The translations under genes and the position numbers were made by a program. DNA of 64,000 bases. It comes from an uncultured delta proteobacterium. Lineage in GTDB: Bacteria; Desulfobacterota; DSM-4660; Desulfatiglandales; HGW-15. Under the pieces are notes generated by a model. It saw only the letters and a list, made by a program, of their open reading frames with translations, searched no databases and was not told the origin of the DNA. Position 1 is the first letter of the stretch. The number at the start of each line of letters is the position of its first letter. Shown here piece by piece: positions 63,835-64,000 of this stretch. The stretch is from assembly GCA_963702565.1 (NCBI GenBank), contig CAVPDE010000023.1:52601-116600 (forward strand), in the 5' to 3' direction.

Positions 63835-64000
63835 ATGATAAAAACAATCGCTCTAATCCTGGGGATCGTTGGTCTTTTGTGGAGCCCGACTGCGCAGGCG
63901 GCGGATTTCAGGTTTCCTTCCGTGAACGGCTGGAAGCAGGTGGGTGAGATTCAATCTTTTGACCCCAACACGCTCTACGAGTATATCAACGGGGGCGCAG
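63835..64000 (+). CDS. Secreted hypothetical protein, 3' end beyond window
   Basis: ATG 63835, signal peptide MIKTIALILGIVGLLWSPTAQA. ORF is open to the window edge. Confidence 0.5.
   Translation, partial: MIKTIALILGIVGLLWSPTAQAADFRFPSVNGWKQVGEIQSFDPNTLYEYINGGA

Noticed and set aside
1-64000. CRISPR arrays, rRNA genes, restriction-modification or other recognisable defence gene sets
   Set aside because: I found no regularly spaced direct repeats, rRNA-like sequence or defence-type proteins (apart from the vapBC-type TA pair) on either strand.

Overview
Densely coding bacterial chromosome segment. I found no rRNA, tRNA or CRISPR array. The gene content (sigma-54 enhancer-binding protein, AbfD-type dehydratase, HdrD/GlcD-like redox pair, DUF35/thiolase pair, TRAP and Liv-type importers) suggests an anaerobic, possibly deltaproteobacterial-type organism; that is only a guess. 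Layout: (i) 1-8.9 kb holds mixed housekeeping genes: citrate synthase, DUF proteins, EttA, a B12-radical SAM protein and a DsbA-like protein. (ii) 8.9-19.4 kb is a tightly overlapping nine-gene minus-strand operon: PanB, two LarA-superfamily enzymes, a DctPQM TRAP transporter, a DUF1537 acid-sugar kinase, a PdxA-family dehydrogenase and an SdaA-type dehydratase. I know of no described pathway with this composition, and it is my top candidate for something new. (iii) Next come HrpB, a RAYT-like Y1 transposase gene bracketed by perfect 26-bp inverted repeats, a 2TM/RCK K+ channel and a secreted transglutaminase-like protein. (iv) 26.5-33.3 kb is an accessory cluster (ThDP enzyme, two SDRs, MFS transporter, HOT-like Fe-ADH) in which four of five genes carry single-nucleotide frameshifts; it also contains a 305-bp palindromic element. 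(v) About 33.3-59.5 kb is a visibly lower-GC block. It holds an orphan receiver protein, a 15-gene operon behind a consensus sigma-54 promoter (Liv-type ABC importer, two CoA ligases, thiolase/DUF35, FAD/FeS redox pair, crotonase, two small Cys-motif proteins, AbfD-like dehydratase), the divergent enhancer-binding protein, a broken adenine-deaminase-like gene, an IS200 remnant and a vapBC-type TA pair. (vi) 59.5-64 kb holds a GarR-like reductase, an HtrA-like PDZ protein lacking the catalytic triad, an ABC binding protein and secreted DUF proteins. All calls come from reading the translations and the DNA by eye. Family names are recalled, not searched.
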